Shown one piece after another: positions 24,521 to 36,147 of a stretch of 64,000 nucleotides of DNA. Source of the stretch: Macrostomum lignano (Eukaryota); contig NIVC01000671.1 of NCBI GenBank assembly GCA_002269645.1, forward strand, positions 248,001 through 312,000, read 5' to 3'. The notes beneath the pieces are model-generated. The model saw only the letters and a program-made list of their open reading frames with translations. It was not told the DNA's origin and did no database searches. Position numbers and translations under genes: made by a program. The stretch's first letter is position 1, and every line of letters begins with the position of its first letter.

Positions 24521-26956
24521 CACACACAGTTTTGATTTGTATAGGTATAGATAGTAATAAAACTAAATCAAATTAACCAAGTAAAATTTCGTGGGAAACT
24601 ATTTGTTAAGCTTTTTATATATATTTATAATTTAGCATAATTTTAAGAGCCAATCTAGGGCCTATCCCTTTTGTCTTTTTGACAAACTTAGAATAGGATG
24701 GACATGCATTAAAATTTTTAAGCTAAGCTCCTTTTGATTGAGTCTTTATATCCTCATTAAAAAGAAATTTATATTTTAGGCATTTTTTAACATTCAATTA
24801 TTTTCTTAGAAATTTGCTATTTAAATGGGCATAGAATGACTATGTAGATTAAAAATAAGCAAAGAAAAAGTTGTATAAAAAGGTCAAAGTGATAGAATAT
24901 TAAAAGCTAAATGAAAGTTAAGTTAGAAGGGTAGAAACGGAGGCCAATAGATAAGGTGGCCAAAAGGGCAGAACTAAAGGATAGCAGCAAAATAATATAT
25001 ATTATAAGAATCTAACACTAATAGCCACCTTCCATTAAGCCTATATTCACTAGTCCAAGTAAAGCAAGATAGTGTTAGTTTTAACTAAAGTACCAGGCAG
25101 AGTTAGTCAATGCAGTGCCAAGAGAATCAATATGACAAGATACCTTAACTAATGGATGAGGCAGAGCAATAGTTGATAGACAATGTTAGCACTGATAGAT
25201 ATAAGATTTAGCTACACAAACAAAGCTGCAGCTCACCTAATATTGATAACTAAGCCTAAGGGATAAACTAGTGGTCTAATATAAGATAGTGCCAATAGTC
25301 TAGGTTATGCTGGATGCATCCCCAAACAAAAATTGAATGGTCACAAATACATGCCAAAAAATTGTGATCATAGTCACAATCATAAAACTACGAGCATAAG
25401 GAAAAAATCATGCACAGTCTTTTGCCAATCATGATTTGTGAATTTCGTGAATTCAACCTTACTTTTTCAAGTCATAGCACAACTAAAGCAAACCAAAATT
25501 GCAACAAACATACATGCCCAACACCTGTCCAACCTATCTGAACCAGATAGGTAAGCTGGCCAAGGTAAGTCAGACAATCGAAAATGCAAAAAACAAAAAA
25601 TTGGGGGGAAAAAGAAAGGAGAGGAAGAGAAAAGGAAAAGAAAGGAGGGATAAGAGCAAGATGGGAAACAGGAAAAAGAAAAAGAAAAGAAAAGAAAAAA
25701 GGCAAAAAAGTTATATACAAAGTGAAAATTAAGTTGCAATCAGGGGAACTAGGTTGCAATTGAGAAGAACTAAGTCACAAATCTATACAAAACTAAGTCA
25801 CATTGGATAGGTGAAATTTTGAGGTTGGGCATGCATGGCAAAAAATCAACATAGATGTAACAAAGCCACAATAAAACATTGTCAAACAATAAAAATGATA
25901 AAAATTGGTCTAGGCCCTAGTTCCAAGCATATACAAAAATCACGTGATCCCTAGTGCACACCCATATTCTCAAATCTAGGCTGGTGTTGCAAAAATAAAT
26001 TATATTTTTTTGTATTGCAACAATAAATGACCTTTTTTCTTCATATAAAGAGCCTTTCTTGGTTGATATTTATCTTTTGCCTATACTATTTGTAATGAAA
26101 AATCAAAATGATAAACATTTGTTTAAATGCTTTATTACAAGCCTAAAAACTAAAAAGCTTGAAATTAATACTTAAAAATGAGCTTTTCTATCTTGTCATT
26201 GTGCAAGGCCAATATACACCCAAATTTTTGGTTATATACTACATGATCTACAGTGTGGGATAGTATATCTTTTATTCATTTAATAGACCTTTAAAGTATA
26301 TTCTCTTTAAAACTATATGATACTTATATAACTCTAATACTTTCTTAGAAAAAATCATATTTAATTCTTACCTAACTTTTTTAAAACTATAATGATTTGA
26401 AAAAATATTATAAGACCCTAACATTAAGAGAACTAAAAACAATTTATAAATAAGATTCATATCAGTAATTTAAGGCATATCATTTTAGAGCACTAAATTG
26501 CCTTAATTGCCTTAAATTGCCGCTAAAAAACCCTTAATAGTAATATACAATCCTGGGATCCTAAAATCCCGGGATTTGGCCCAAATATTAGGATTTCCAG
26601 TCTTAATATAGAGGTCCAAACTAATTTGGGGTCATAAATCCTAGGACTAATTTTTGTTATTATTTTTATAAATAGTATTGTAATATGAACACTAGACAGC
26701 TAGACTCCAGGTTACATGTATTCTGGTATACAAATGACCTTTTTCAAAGTTGGCATACAAATTTTGGTATATAAATTTATGCAAATATTTTGGCATACAA
26801 ATTTCGGCATACAAATTTATGCCAGTTTTTTGCATACTAATTTTGAATTTGAAGCCTTTCACATTACCAATTTCAGAACCAGAATTGGTTTGGATCTTCC
26901 AAGAAAAACAGCAGTATAACTATTTAACTCTGTTAATATTTGACTGCCTTAACAGC

Positions 26957-27185
26957 TAAGTTTTTTGTGCAAATGGGTGCAAATAGCATCTTGGACTTAA
27001 AAATTGCACCCTGAAATTTGACTCAGGGTGCAAAAAGCGCACCAGAATTTTTGCAAGGATGTGATGCGAATTTCACAATTTAGTGTCTACAGCAGTGCAG
27101 CGCATCCTGGTCTTGAAAATTGCACCCTGAAGTCTAGCACAGGGTGCAAAATTGTATCCAAATTATGGACAAAAAAAACCCCCAG
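26957..27185. mobile_element. MULE-type MITE (229 bp) with 9-bp TSD cttaacagc
   Basis: TSD at 26948-26956 and 27186-27194; imperfect TIRs; two internal tgcaccctga...cagggtgca hairpins; absent from paralogous copy B. Confidence 0.75.
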
Positions 27186-27236
27186 CTTAACAGCCTCACT
27201 TTGGACAATTTTTCACTTTCTTCTTGGCGATTTTTA

Positions 27237-27533
27237 TAGTGGCGGCGCAAGGGGGGGGCAGGCTGCCCCCGGGTGACCACCCCTCACTACCCTCAGAGGG
27301 TGACCACCCTCAGGGGGAGACCACCCACTTAAAAAAAATTGGTACTTTACCATATTTTTTCAAAAGTGTGGTCACCCCATGGGGCATGGGGGTGGTCACC
27401 TGAGACCTCAGGGGGGTGGTCACCTGGTAGGGTGATTTTTTTGATAATTTTTTCTGGGGATGACCACCCAGCTGGGGGGGGATGACCATCCAACCACCGC
27501 CCCCCCCCAGCTGGAGGTCCTGCGCTGCCACTG
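27237..27533. mobile_element. hAT MITE (297 bp) with 8-bp TSD gattttta
   Basis: TIRs tagtggcggcgca / tgcgctgccactg; exact TSD at 27229-27236 and 27534-27541; empty site in copy B. Confidence 0.9.
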
Positions 27534-29219
27534 GATTTTTATTCAATAATTAAGAGTTTATAGCAAATATCTCCCTCTAGTTAAGGAGACAAAAAGTTAT
27601 ACTTTACAAATTGGTTTTGGTTCTAGAACCAGAACAAGCAATATGAAGAGCCTCTTGGTGAATAAATTTATGCTGTGTATAAAAATTGTAATGTAAATTA
27701 ACATTTTTATATAAAATAAAGGAAAATTTGTATATAGTCTAAAAAGTCAGTAATAATTTTTTTGCTTTTGAAAGATAAAAGACTAGTGTAAATGATTGCT
27801 AAAATGTAAATTTTGCATTACAATTTCTACAAGTTTAATATTGTTCTTGCATACACAACTACACGATCTGGACCCTGGTATGAACATAATTAGGCCCACA
27901 ATTAGTTTATTATACTGCGCTAATTTCTGTTAATTACACCACATTGTGTGGCACCTTTTAAACCCTGCATCAAAGATTTAAATATAAAATTTATTCCAAT
28001 ATAAATTTTTTTAGGCCTATGATTTGCTTCTTTACTACTATCAATATTAGTATATTTCTATTTACTTAAATATGTCGCAAGATAATGCTGTTTTTTATCT
28101 AAAAAAGATTATTATTTCTATATAACAATCAAAAATAGAAGCAAAAATACTTTTAGTACATATTTTTCCTTGAAATTTCAACCCAAAAGCTTAAAAACCT
28201 GTATTTTTCTGATCATGGCCTCATGGGATTGCAAAAAACTGGGATTTTGACATTTGTAATCTCTAATTAGTAATTAAACTATTATAGATGGAAGAAAGCA
28301 CTATAACAACTTTAGTGTTAGCATTAATATTATTTTAGAAGGTAGAAATTACTTATACAATAAACATGCAAATCAATCAAAAAATGGCCTCGAGATTGAC
28401 CTTTACTAACTGCCTAACTCAATTCAACCTTACAATACATTGGCAAAATAACTTATATTGAACTATTTATCATGTTCCATAGTAATGTGCTAGTTTATTA
28501 AAGAAAAATGTTGAGATGCTGCATCTGTATTTTGGACCTTGCCATTTCCCATTACTAGCCAGCAGCAAGGAGAGCTGAGAGGGAATGAATGACATGAATA
28601 AAGGAATGACATCTATAAAGCATGATAGACATGACCTTAGCCGCCCAACCCTCCCCCCAAGTGGGCGCTATCGCTTAACCAGTTGCTTATCTTTAATCTT
28701 TATATTCTAGACTCCATTGGCATTGTTGTTGTAGACGTTGTAGTCTACTTAAATCCTCTAATTCGTATTTATTTCATCATTTGTTCTAAAGGCACAAGCA
28801 AGAGTACTATGTAAAGAGTCCACCGTTTAACAGTTGTACTAGTTGACAGGTGACAATCTACATGTATCTGTTGAAACTTACCAATTTTTTATGAGTCTAT
28901 TATAGTATTCATCATTAAACTGAACATTAACTAAAAATCTTCAAATAAAAGTATGCGTGCAAAAGTAAAAGATTCGCCAGCCATAACTGTAGCAAATCTA
29001 ATCATTGAATTTTGTATAGATGCATTTTTGTTTAGTTGGGGGTTATGATTGTTATTGTATATTATCGATAATGTATTTTGTTGTAATTTTCGATTGTAAT
29101 TCCCTAATTTAATTTAAAAAGCGCTCTCGCATCAGACCATTGCATAGTCCCTGGGACTTGATCCCGATCTCATAGTCTCTTGGGACCTGATCCTGATTGC
29201 ATAGTCCCTTGGGACCTAA

Positions 29220-30564
29220 GGCTTTTCACACTACCGATTCCAGAACCAGGGGCCCGTGCTATAGAATCAGGAGTTAGGAGTTAGGAGCTAGGACTCAAAA
29301 GTACTCTTGATAAGGAGTGATTGAATTTTGTGTGCTATAGATTTCAGGAGTTAAGAGTTAGGAGCTATAGGAGTTCTTGCAAGGAGTGCAGCCCCCTTGC
29401 AAGGAGTGTTGCACAATCGTTTAAGGATGATAGAGAATTGTGTGCTATATCACAATCCTAACTTTACGGTCTTTATAAGGATTGAATCTCAGGAGTGAAA
29501 ATGCAAATTGCTCAAAAAATATCATTTGTGAGAGCCGTCGCTGCATGCAAAGAGGTATAAATTATACCAGCGTATTTACTCATTTTATATTATATGCGTT
29601 GACCTAGCAATGCAGAAGAGTATCAAAAGTAAAAGTAAAAAGTCTAAATGTACATGTGTACTTGTAAATATCAATAAAAGAAAATAATACACCAGTCTAA
29701 TTATCAAAGAATTGTGTCAAGTGCAATTTAAAGCTTGAGTGTGTTCAAAACGTATTAACTAGTTGATCACGGCAGCCATTGTTGTTGACAACGATTTCGT
29801 CTTCGTTGTTGGGCTTTAAGATGTCCAGGATCACCTCTGGGTAGAGTTCTGGTTGCTCGTTTTCAAGTTTTCATTAGCACTCTCGGCTGGATCTTCTTCA
29901 AAAAATTAAATCTTGCCTTAAATTGTTGACGGCGTCTATCATTGACTCCTTCCTCATCAGAATCCAATTCGCTGTCCGAAAACATTATAATCCTAGCTTG
30001 TCTAAGAGTGAAAATTGGCCCTTGAACTCTTGCTTAAGAGTCAAGAGTTAGGAGCGAAATTTTCTCATTCTATAGGACACGCACTCCTAGAATCACTCCT
30101 AAAAGCCAACTCCTAGCTCCTAGCTCCTAGACTTCTTCTCCTAATTCTATAGCATGCCACGGACCTTAATGAGTTCTCCTAAATTCACCCAGAAGTCTCC
30201 TAATGTCCTTAAGGAGCCTCCTAGCTCTTAAAATTTACTCTTGATTCTATAGCACAGAAAAGCCAGCTAGGAGCTAGGAGTTAGGACACTCTTAAGGATT
30301 TAGGAGTTAAGAGTATTCTATAGCACAGGCCCCAGAATCGGTTTGGATCTTCCGAGAAAAAAAGCAGCATAACTATTTAACTTTGTTGAATGTTCAACTG
30401 TCCTAACAGCCTCATGTTGCACATTTTTCGCTTTCTTCTTGGCTATTGCAATTCAATAATTACAACTTTAAAGCACACATCCCTCAAGTAGTTAAGGAGA
30501 GAAAAAGTTATACTTTACAAATTGGATCTGGTTCTAGAACCAGAACAAGCAATATGAAAAGGCC
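29220..30564. mobile_element. Host MITE copy B, interrupted by a Harbinger derivative
   Basis: Colinear with copy A once inserts are removed. Confidence 0.75.
29250..30332 (-). mobile_element. PIF/Harbinger internal-deletion derivative (1083 bp) with CAG TSD
   Basis: TIRs gggcccgtgctatagaat / attctatagcacaggccc; 3-bp TSD cag at 29247-29249 and 30333-30335; subterminal (aggagtt/aggagct)n. Minus strand carries transposase-like N- and C-terminal scraps (MFSDSELDSDEE..RRRQQFKARFNF; GCRDQLVNTF). Confidence 0.85.
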
Positions 30565-31830
30565 CAATGTTGGGACTGAAAGCGGAGAAGTGACTCGGCT
30601 CCTCAAAATATAAAGTCAGAAATGCGTTTGATTCCCAGGACCAAAATCATTACTAATCATCCATGGAGCATGATCCATGGTTGATTCATAGATGGCCATG
30701 CAACAATCATACATGGATCATTTGTCCGCGTCCATGTTGAAATCATCCATGGATGCCTAAAGTGAAAAAATTTAGTTAACGTAACTAATAAGTTTTATTT
30801 AATTAAAAATTTTCTTTAAATGTATAAAGATGATGCTGATTTTATTGATTTGTAAATCTTGACTATATATTGGTTGTACTTTAGTTTCCGCCATTTTTAT
30901 TTTACGTTTTAAAAACATTAACTTTCTACGCCCCGGCCCACTGCATGCATGCTCTTAACCTCATTACCTCAACTTTAAGCTTGAAATTTAACATTTGAGG
31001 TTGAGGCTTGTGCAAATAGCCAATTAGATTAATCTAATATCTAATTAATAGTTATTATTTCTTAGTTATTTGTATTAGTAAGACCAAGGCCTAGAGTCTG
31101 GCCTAAGGGCAAGGCAAATGACAATAGACAATATGTACTCAGTTTTATTCATCTTTTTATAGCCTAACTTATAATTTAGCCAGTCTATTATTTTTACTGG
31201 CTAGCCGCTAGGCGACCTAGCCTGTGGCCAAACCTATTTACTATATGTAATACTTAATAGGCCTAACCCTAACCCTAATAAGACAAGCCTACTGCTGCCC
31301 TATTCTAGCCCTAGCCTAGGCATAGCCAACTAATCAGTCTAATGTCATGATATAAATTATTTATCTGAAGATAGGGCCAGGTGGGCTAAATGACCAATTT
31401 TTAACTATGAAATTTATTAGGCCTACTTTATATAATAAGAGTGAAAATATAACCTAATTGGTAAGCTGGATGCTAGGATTATTTAACTTTTTCCTTAGCT
31501 TTACTCCTTTAGGTTAGGCCTAGGATAAATAGATGCTAGGCCAATATAGCAATTTTCAATTAAAAACTTCAAAGAGTATTAAACCACAATGAAAGTATTT
31601 AATTTCTTTGTTCTTTTGATATTGGCCTAAAATATTGTAGGGCCTATGGCTAGATATTATTATTTAGAAAACAGTCAAAATTAGTCAAAAATTGAATAAA
31701 ATTTCTAGTACGTAGATATCCAAGAGCCTTTATATCTATTCCTATTTCAATATTAATAAAGCTACAAAAAATGTTTAATTTGTTAAGTTCATTAAAAGTT
31801 AACTGATTATCATTAAGCTTTATTCCAATA

Positions 31831-32657
31831 TGTCACGTTATTGGCGTAGCGGCCAGCTATGCGGTGACCCTTAAAAGGGCCGTTTTAGTCCCAAAATAAG
31901 TTGAAGTCAATTCTTGTAAAGCGGATTTTGTAGCGGAGCACTTGGCGATAAAGGCAGGAACTGCCGTAGTTGTCTTTATTGTTAATATCAGTATTAAGTT
32001 GGTTGTTACTGGCAATAAACAGACTATAGCTTTCTGGGCACTGGCGGCTGCAGCAATGGGTTGAATATAATTTGGATATGAAGTCAAGTGGCAGGCGAAT
32101 GACACAATGGCGACGTGACGTGAGCAGTGGCTATGAGCACCGTGAAGGCAGTGAACCGTAGTGGTGAGTAGGCGTCGGTCGTGGCGTGAAACAGTCAAGT
32201 AAGTGTGTGAGCAGGCTGGCCCAGACAGAAGGGCCGCGGTGAGAAATAAGGAGGCTCGAGGCAGCCAGACAAACAGATAAGACAGCTAAGAGGCCGCAGG
32301 GAAGGAAACAAGGGACAAGCGGGGAGAGACGAAAAAGCGTGAGGGGTGCCCGCCGCCAGGCGGGGGGTTTAATAAAAGAGCGCAGAGGGGGGTAGCGCGA
32401 GCACGAGTGATTTCATTGGCTGGCGAGAGAACTTAAAATTATCGATCGTGCCAATTTTATACGGTCGCGAGAGAGGATAGCAAAATATACAGTGAATTAG
32501 AAATTGCCACAAAATCGTTGGGCACTACTACAAGTAAACGTCGCAATAAACGAATGGAAAAGTTTAGTTGAAACGGTGAAACTGAAGGGTTGAATGACTA
32601 TGGAGAACAGCAGTCCAACGGCCCTTTTCGGGACCACCTTAAACTGACAACGTCACA
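31831..32657 (-). repeat. 3' LTR of the Gypsy element
   Basis: Direct repeat of 40857-41683 (offset 9026); sense ends TGTGACGTT...AACGTGACA; sense-strand TATAAAA near 32455 and AATAAA near 31978. Confidence 0.97.
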
Positions 32658-32671
32658 CCCGCCTCCCTTCC
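32658..32671 (-). other. Polypurine tract (ggaagggaggcggg) adjoining the 3' LTR
   Basis: Purine-rich run immediately 5' of the 3' LTR on the sense strand. Confidence 0.88.
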
Positions 32672-33129
32672 GAAAAAGGATAGGGTCGCGCAAAAAGAAA
32701 ACCAACACGCGGGTGACGGCAAGAAAAACACAACGTGACCGCAGTTTATGAAATTATAGCAGAGTGAATTACAGTGGGGTTGAGTCAGTTTGTATGAGCA
32801 TATGATTACCGGACAAAATTACAAAGTTCCAAAGGCTACAGACTATTACGAGAGCAGAACATTACAGGGCAGTAGAACACGGTGAGCACGAGCAATACAA
32901 CATGGTGGTGTTACAAAAACATTACAAAATACAACAATGGTTACGGAAAGTAGTGCACGACGGAGCGCGCGGCGCGCGCGAACACAAAACGACAAAGGAC
33001 GCGCAGAAGTGATACGATGGATGAGGCAAACACAGAACAAGGATGACAAGGTGGATGAGGCAAAGGATGCAGAGCAGAGGCACGGAACAGAGGCACAGTC
33101 CGGACAACTGCGGGCAAACGACGCCAAGC

Positions 33130-33560
33130 GTCAAGGGCGGCGGGACACGGCGCGGCGCGCCAAGGCGGAAGGGAGAAACCGGCGCAAGAGCGCCCAAGGC
33201 GGAGACACGGCGCAGCGCGCCAAGGCAAAGAACGGCGCAGCGCGCCAAGGCAGGAAACGGCGCAGCGCGCCAAGGCAGGAGAACGGCGCGGCGCGCCAGG
33301 CGGAGAACGGCGCAGCGCGCCAAGGCGGGAAACGGCGCCACGCGCCAAGGCAGGAAACGGCGACAGGGCGCCACGGCAGGGAACGGCGCCACGCGCCAAG
33401 GCAGAGAACGGCGCCACGCGCCAGGCAGAGGATGGCGCCACGCGCCAGAGGCAGAGGATGGCGCTACGCGCCAAAGGCAGAGGACGGCGCTACGCGCCAA
33501 AGGCAGAGGACGGCGCAGCGCGCCAGGCGGAGGACGGCGCTACGCGCCAAAGGCAGAGAG
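33130..33560. repeat. GC-rich 24-26 bp degenerate tandem repeats in the Gypsy 3' internal region
   Basis: Units such as ggcgcagcgcgccaaggcaggaaac, of variable length. Confidence 0.9.
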
Positions 33561-34045
33561 AGCGTGCGTGCGGTGCGGTGTGTGTGTGTGTAGTGCTTAC
33601 TTTTACCCCACAAGTATTATATCTACCTAGTGTTTATGGAATTTGCGAAATTTAATGACGAGCTACAGCTCATTTCCGACAACAGCGAAAGCGATGCTGC
33701 ACTCGTCAATGGGCTGAGCAGCGAACTAAGCTAGCTATATTCTTATAGGCAGAATATTTTTCTCGAGTTTTCAATGGTTGTTTTTTCAGTTTTTATTTTC
33801 CTTTTTGAGTTATTTATGCGTTTCACTAGTCGCCAGTAGTTATGCTTTAATTACTAACCGTATATTGCACATTACATGGTTTCGGGGTATTACTATTAGC
33901 GTCAGAGATGACGCACTTATTCATTTCAAGTTTATCCCCTTGACTACGGTGGTTGGCTGTTGGCTGGTACAGCTGTGGAAGTTGTGCACACTAGTATCTG
34001 GCAGTGAGTAACAGCTGTGGCTTGTGTTTTGTGGCTTGCGGCTGG

Positions 34046-34276
34046 CAGATGCCGCAGGGACCTGTGACCAACAGGTGCCACAGGAGGTAGTTTAACGCCT
34101 TGCCCGGGGCGTGAGCTTGCGGTCTACAGGTGCCGCAGAGACCTGTGGCTGACAGGTGCCACAGGAGGTAGTTTTACGCCTTGCCCGGGGCGTGAGCTTG
34201 CGGTCTACAGGTGCCGCAGAGACCTGTGGCTGACAGGTGCCACAGGAGGTAGTTTTACGCCTTGCCCGGGGCGTGA
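34046..34276. repeat. 81-bp tandem repeat (~3 copies) just downstream of the integrase stop
   Basis: gcggtctacaggtgcc recurs at 34119 and 34200. Confidence 0.92.
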
Positions 34277-34287
34277 AAAACTGGCGG

Positions 34288-36147
34288 TTAGTGTCTGCTT
34301 CCCCACTGCTGGAGCAGGTCGGACACTTGACAGGTCCGGTACCTGACAGGCGGGCGGATGGGGCGTCCGTACCTGGATCTGGGTACGTCAGCCGGGGCTG
34401 GTGGCTCAGCTGCTTGCGCAGCGACTGGATTCGCAGCAATCTCAGGTGGTTCTAATTGCTCGGAGGAAGGGTCCCCCAAGGAAGCCGTGTACAGCGACTC
34501 TGAGCTGTCTTGGCTGTGGCTGGTGTCAGTGTCTGTGCTGTCAGTGTCAGTGTCTGGTTGTGGCTGTCCCTCAATAACTACAGCATCGCCAGCTTCGGCG
34601 AATGGTTGGCCTTCTCCCGCTTCAGCTCCCGCCCCCTCCTCAAAGGCGCCTGAAGCTGGCGGTGGTGGATTTGGCCCTGGCGCTCTGCGTGGGCTCTCTG
34701 GCCGGGCAGAGGAAGGCTGGGGAATGGTGACGAGGCTAAGCTCGCTCGCGGGTCCGCTGGGCGGGTTCACACTAGGCGCTGGAGACCTGGCATGGGTGGC
34801 CTCACCATACCGGTCAACTACGTCTTGGTAAGTGGGCTGTCTGATGCACGGTTTGAGGCGGTCAATGTTGTAAATGTTATGGCGCGGATTTGGCACCCGA
34901 TCTGCTGGGTTTAGGAGACCATACTCGGGGACTAAACGGTAAGTCCGCTCGGAGCAGCGCTGCACTACTCGGTATGGCCCCAACCACACAGCGGGTTCTA
35001 TGCCCTTGTGGTTCGGGTTCAAGACCCAGACTAACTCTCCCTCGTGGAACTCAGCGCGGAGGGCGCGGCGGTCGTAATACCTTTTCTGCCTCTCCTGGGC
35101 TTTACCCCTAGTGCGGCGGGCTAGGGCAGAGGTTTCGACTAGCGTGCGGTGCAACTGGTGGGCGTACCTCTCCGGCTGGTAGTGTTCATTTGGCGGTGGA
35201 TTGTGACAGAGGTCGAGCGGTAGTTCGAACTCACGCCCGAAGAAAAGTTTGGCTGGAGTAAATCCGGTGGATTCGGCGACTGTGGCACGGATTGACAGGG
35301 CGGCCAGGCGGCTGGCAAGGGGCCAGTCGCATTGTCTCTCAAGACAGATGGCTCTAATCTGGGCTTTCACCGTCTGGATCATCCTCTCAGCTTTACCGTT
35401 AGCCTGAGGGCGACGGGCTGTGATCCGACCCATGTCAATCTGTAGGAGCCTAGTTAATTCTATCATGGTACTATTGATGAAGGCAGTTCCGTTATCAGAC
35501 ACCAGCTGCTCCATCACCCCATACCTGGCAACCCATTCAGTCAGGATGGTTGTGGCAGTGGTCTCTGCGCTGACGTCGGGAACAGGGACTACTTCGACAA
35601 ACCCGGTGAACCTGTCGATCATAACCAGCAGGTACTTGTACCCGTCACACTCTTCGAACGGGCCTGCGTGGTCCACGTGGACAACCTGGTTCGGGTAGCC
35701 GGACAGTTCTGGTTGCATAGGGGCCTTGAGCTTACGCTTTGACTTCTTAGTCTTAGCGCAAACGGTGCATTCGGCCAGGACCCCCTTGACTATAGTATCT
35801 AAGTCGGAAATAACGAAGCGCGCCTTCAGGGCGGCCATCGTCTTGGTGATACCGCAATGGTTCAACTGGCCATGATACTGAAGGACCAGATGACCGACGT
35901 CTGCGGTCTCAGGCACCACCAGGCGCCTGTTGGCAGTCTTGGCTTTGGAGGATTTGGCTAAGTACAATAGACCCTCGACTACTTCAAGGTCATTGAATTG
36001 AGCCCAGAGTGAGCGCATTTCCCGGCTACAACCCTGCAGTTCGGCCTTGGACAATGGCTCAGTCTTACACTGGACACTGGCGATTAGGCGCGCCATGTCA
36101 ACACAGGAGTCCTGGGCATTCTGGGCCCAGATGAGCTCAGGTGGCAC
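34288..36147 (-). CDS. Gypsy integrase ORF (HHCC zinc finger, DDE core, GPY/F module, disordered tail); frame open from 36159, first ATG 36096
   Basis: H-X5-H...C-X2-C (YHGQLNHCG...ECTVCAK), VHVDHAGPF, QLVSDNGTAF, NGKAERMIQTVK, WLGPYRVV, terminal SRYGRPIRPPVRY. Confidence 0.96.
   Translation of the reverse strand: MPPELIWAQNAQDSCVDMARLIASVQCKTEPLSKAELQGCSREMRSLWAQFNDLEVVEGLLYLAKSSKAKTANRRLVVPETADVGHLVLQYHGQLNHCGITKTMAALKARFVISDLDTIVKGVLAECTVCAKTKKSKRKLKAPMQPELSGYPNQVVHVDHAGPFEECDGYKYLLVMIDRFTGFVEVVPVPDVSAETTATTILTEWVARYGVMEQLVSDNGTAFINSTMIELTRLLQIDMGRITARRPQANGKAERMIQTVKAQIRAICLERQCDWPLASRLAALSIRATVAESTGFTPAKLFFGREFELPLDLCHNPPPNEHYQPERYAHQLHRTLVETSALARRTRGKAQERQKRYYDRRALRAEFHEGELVWVLNPNHKGIEPAVWLGPYRVVQRCSERTYRLVPEYGLLNPADRVPNPRHNIYNIDRLKPCIRQPTYQDVVDRYGEATHARSPAPSVNPPSGPASELSLVTIPQPSSARPESPRRAPGPNPPPPASGAFEEGAGAEAGEGQPFAEAGDAVVIEGQPQPDTDTDSTDTDTSHSQDSSESLYTASLGDPSSEQLEPPEIAANPVAAQAAEPPAPADVPRSRYGRPIRPPVRYRTCQVSDLLQQWGSRH

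Larger units (their letters stand above)
26854..27652. mobile_element. Host MITE copy A (~270 bp when inserts are removed), interrupted by two younger MITEs
   Basis: Ends (g)cctttcacattacc...aatatgaagagcc and internal sequence are colinear with copy B at 29220-30564. Confidence 0.75.

Noticed and set aside
31263-31278. Interstitial telomeric repeat (CCCTAA)
   Set aside because: Fewer than three copies; chance occurrence is likely.
31857-32198. 113-aa ORF duplicated at 40883-41224
   Set aside because: TTG start, no recognisable domain; the identity simply reflects LTR duplication.
32672-34287. env gene or integrase chromodomain in the Gypsy element
   Set aside because: No sense ORF with signal peptide or transmembrane segments; the integrase tail is Pro/Ser/acidic and disordered, without chromodomain aromatic motifs.
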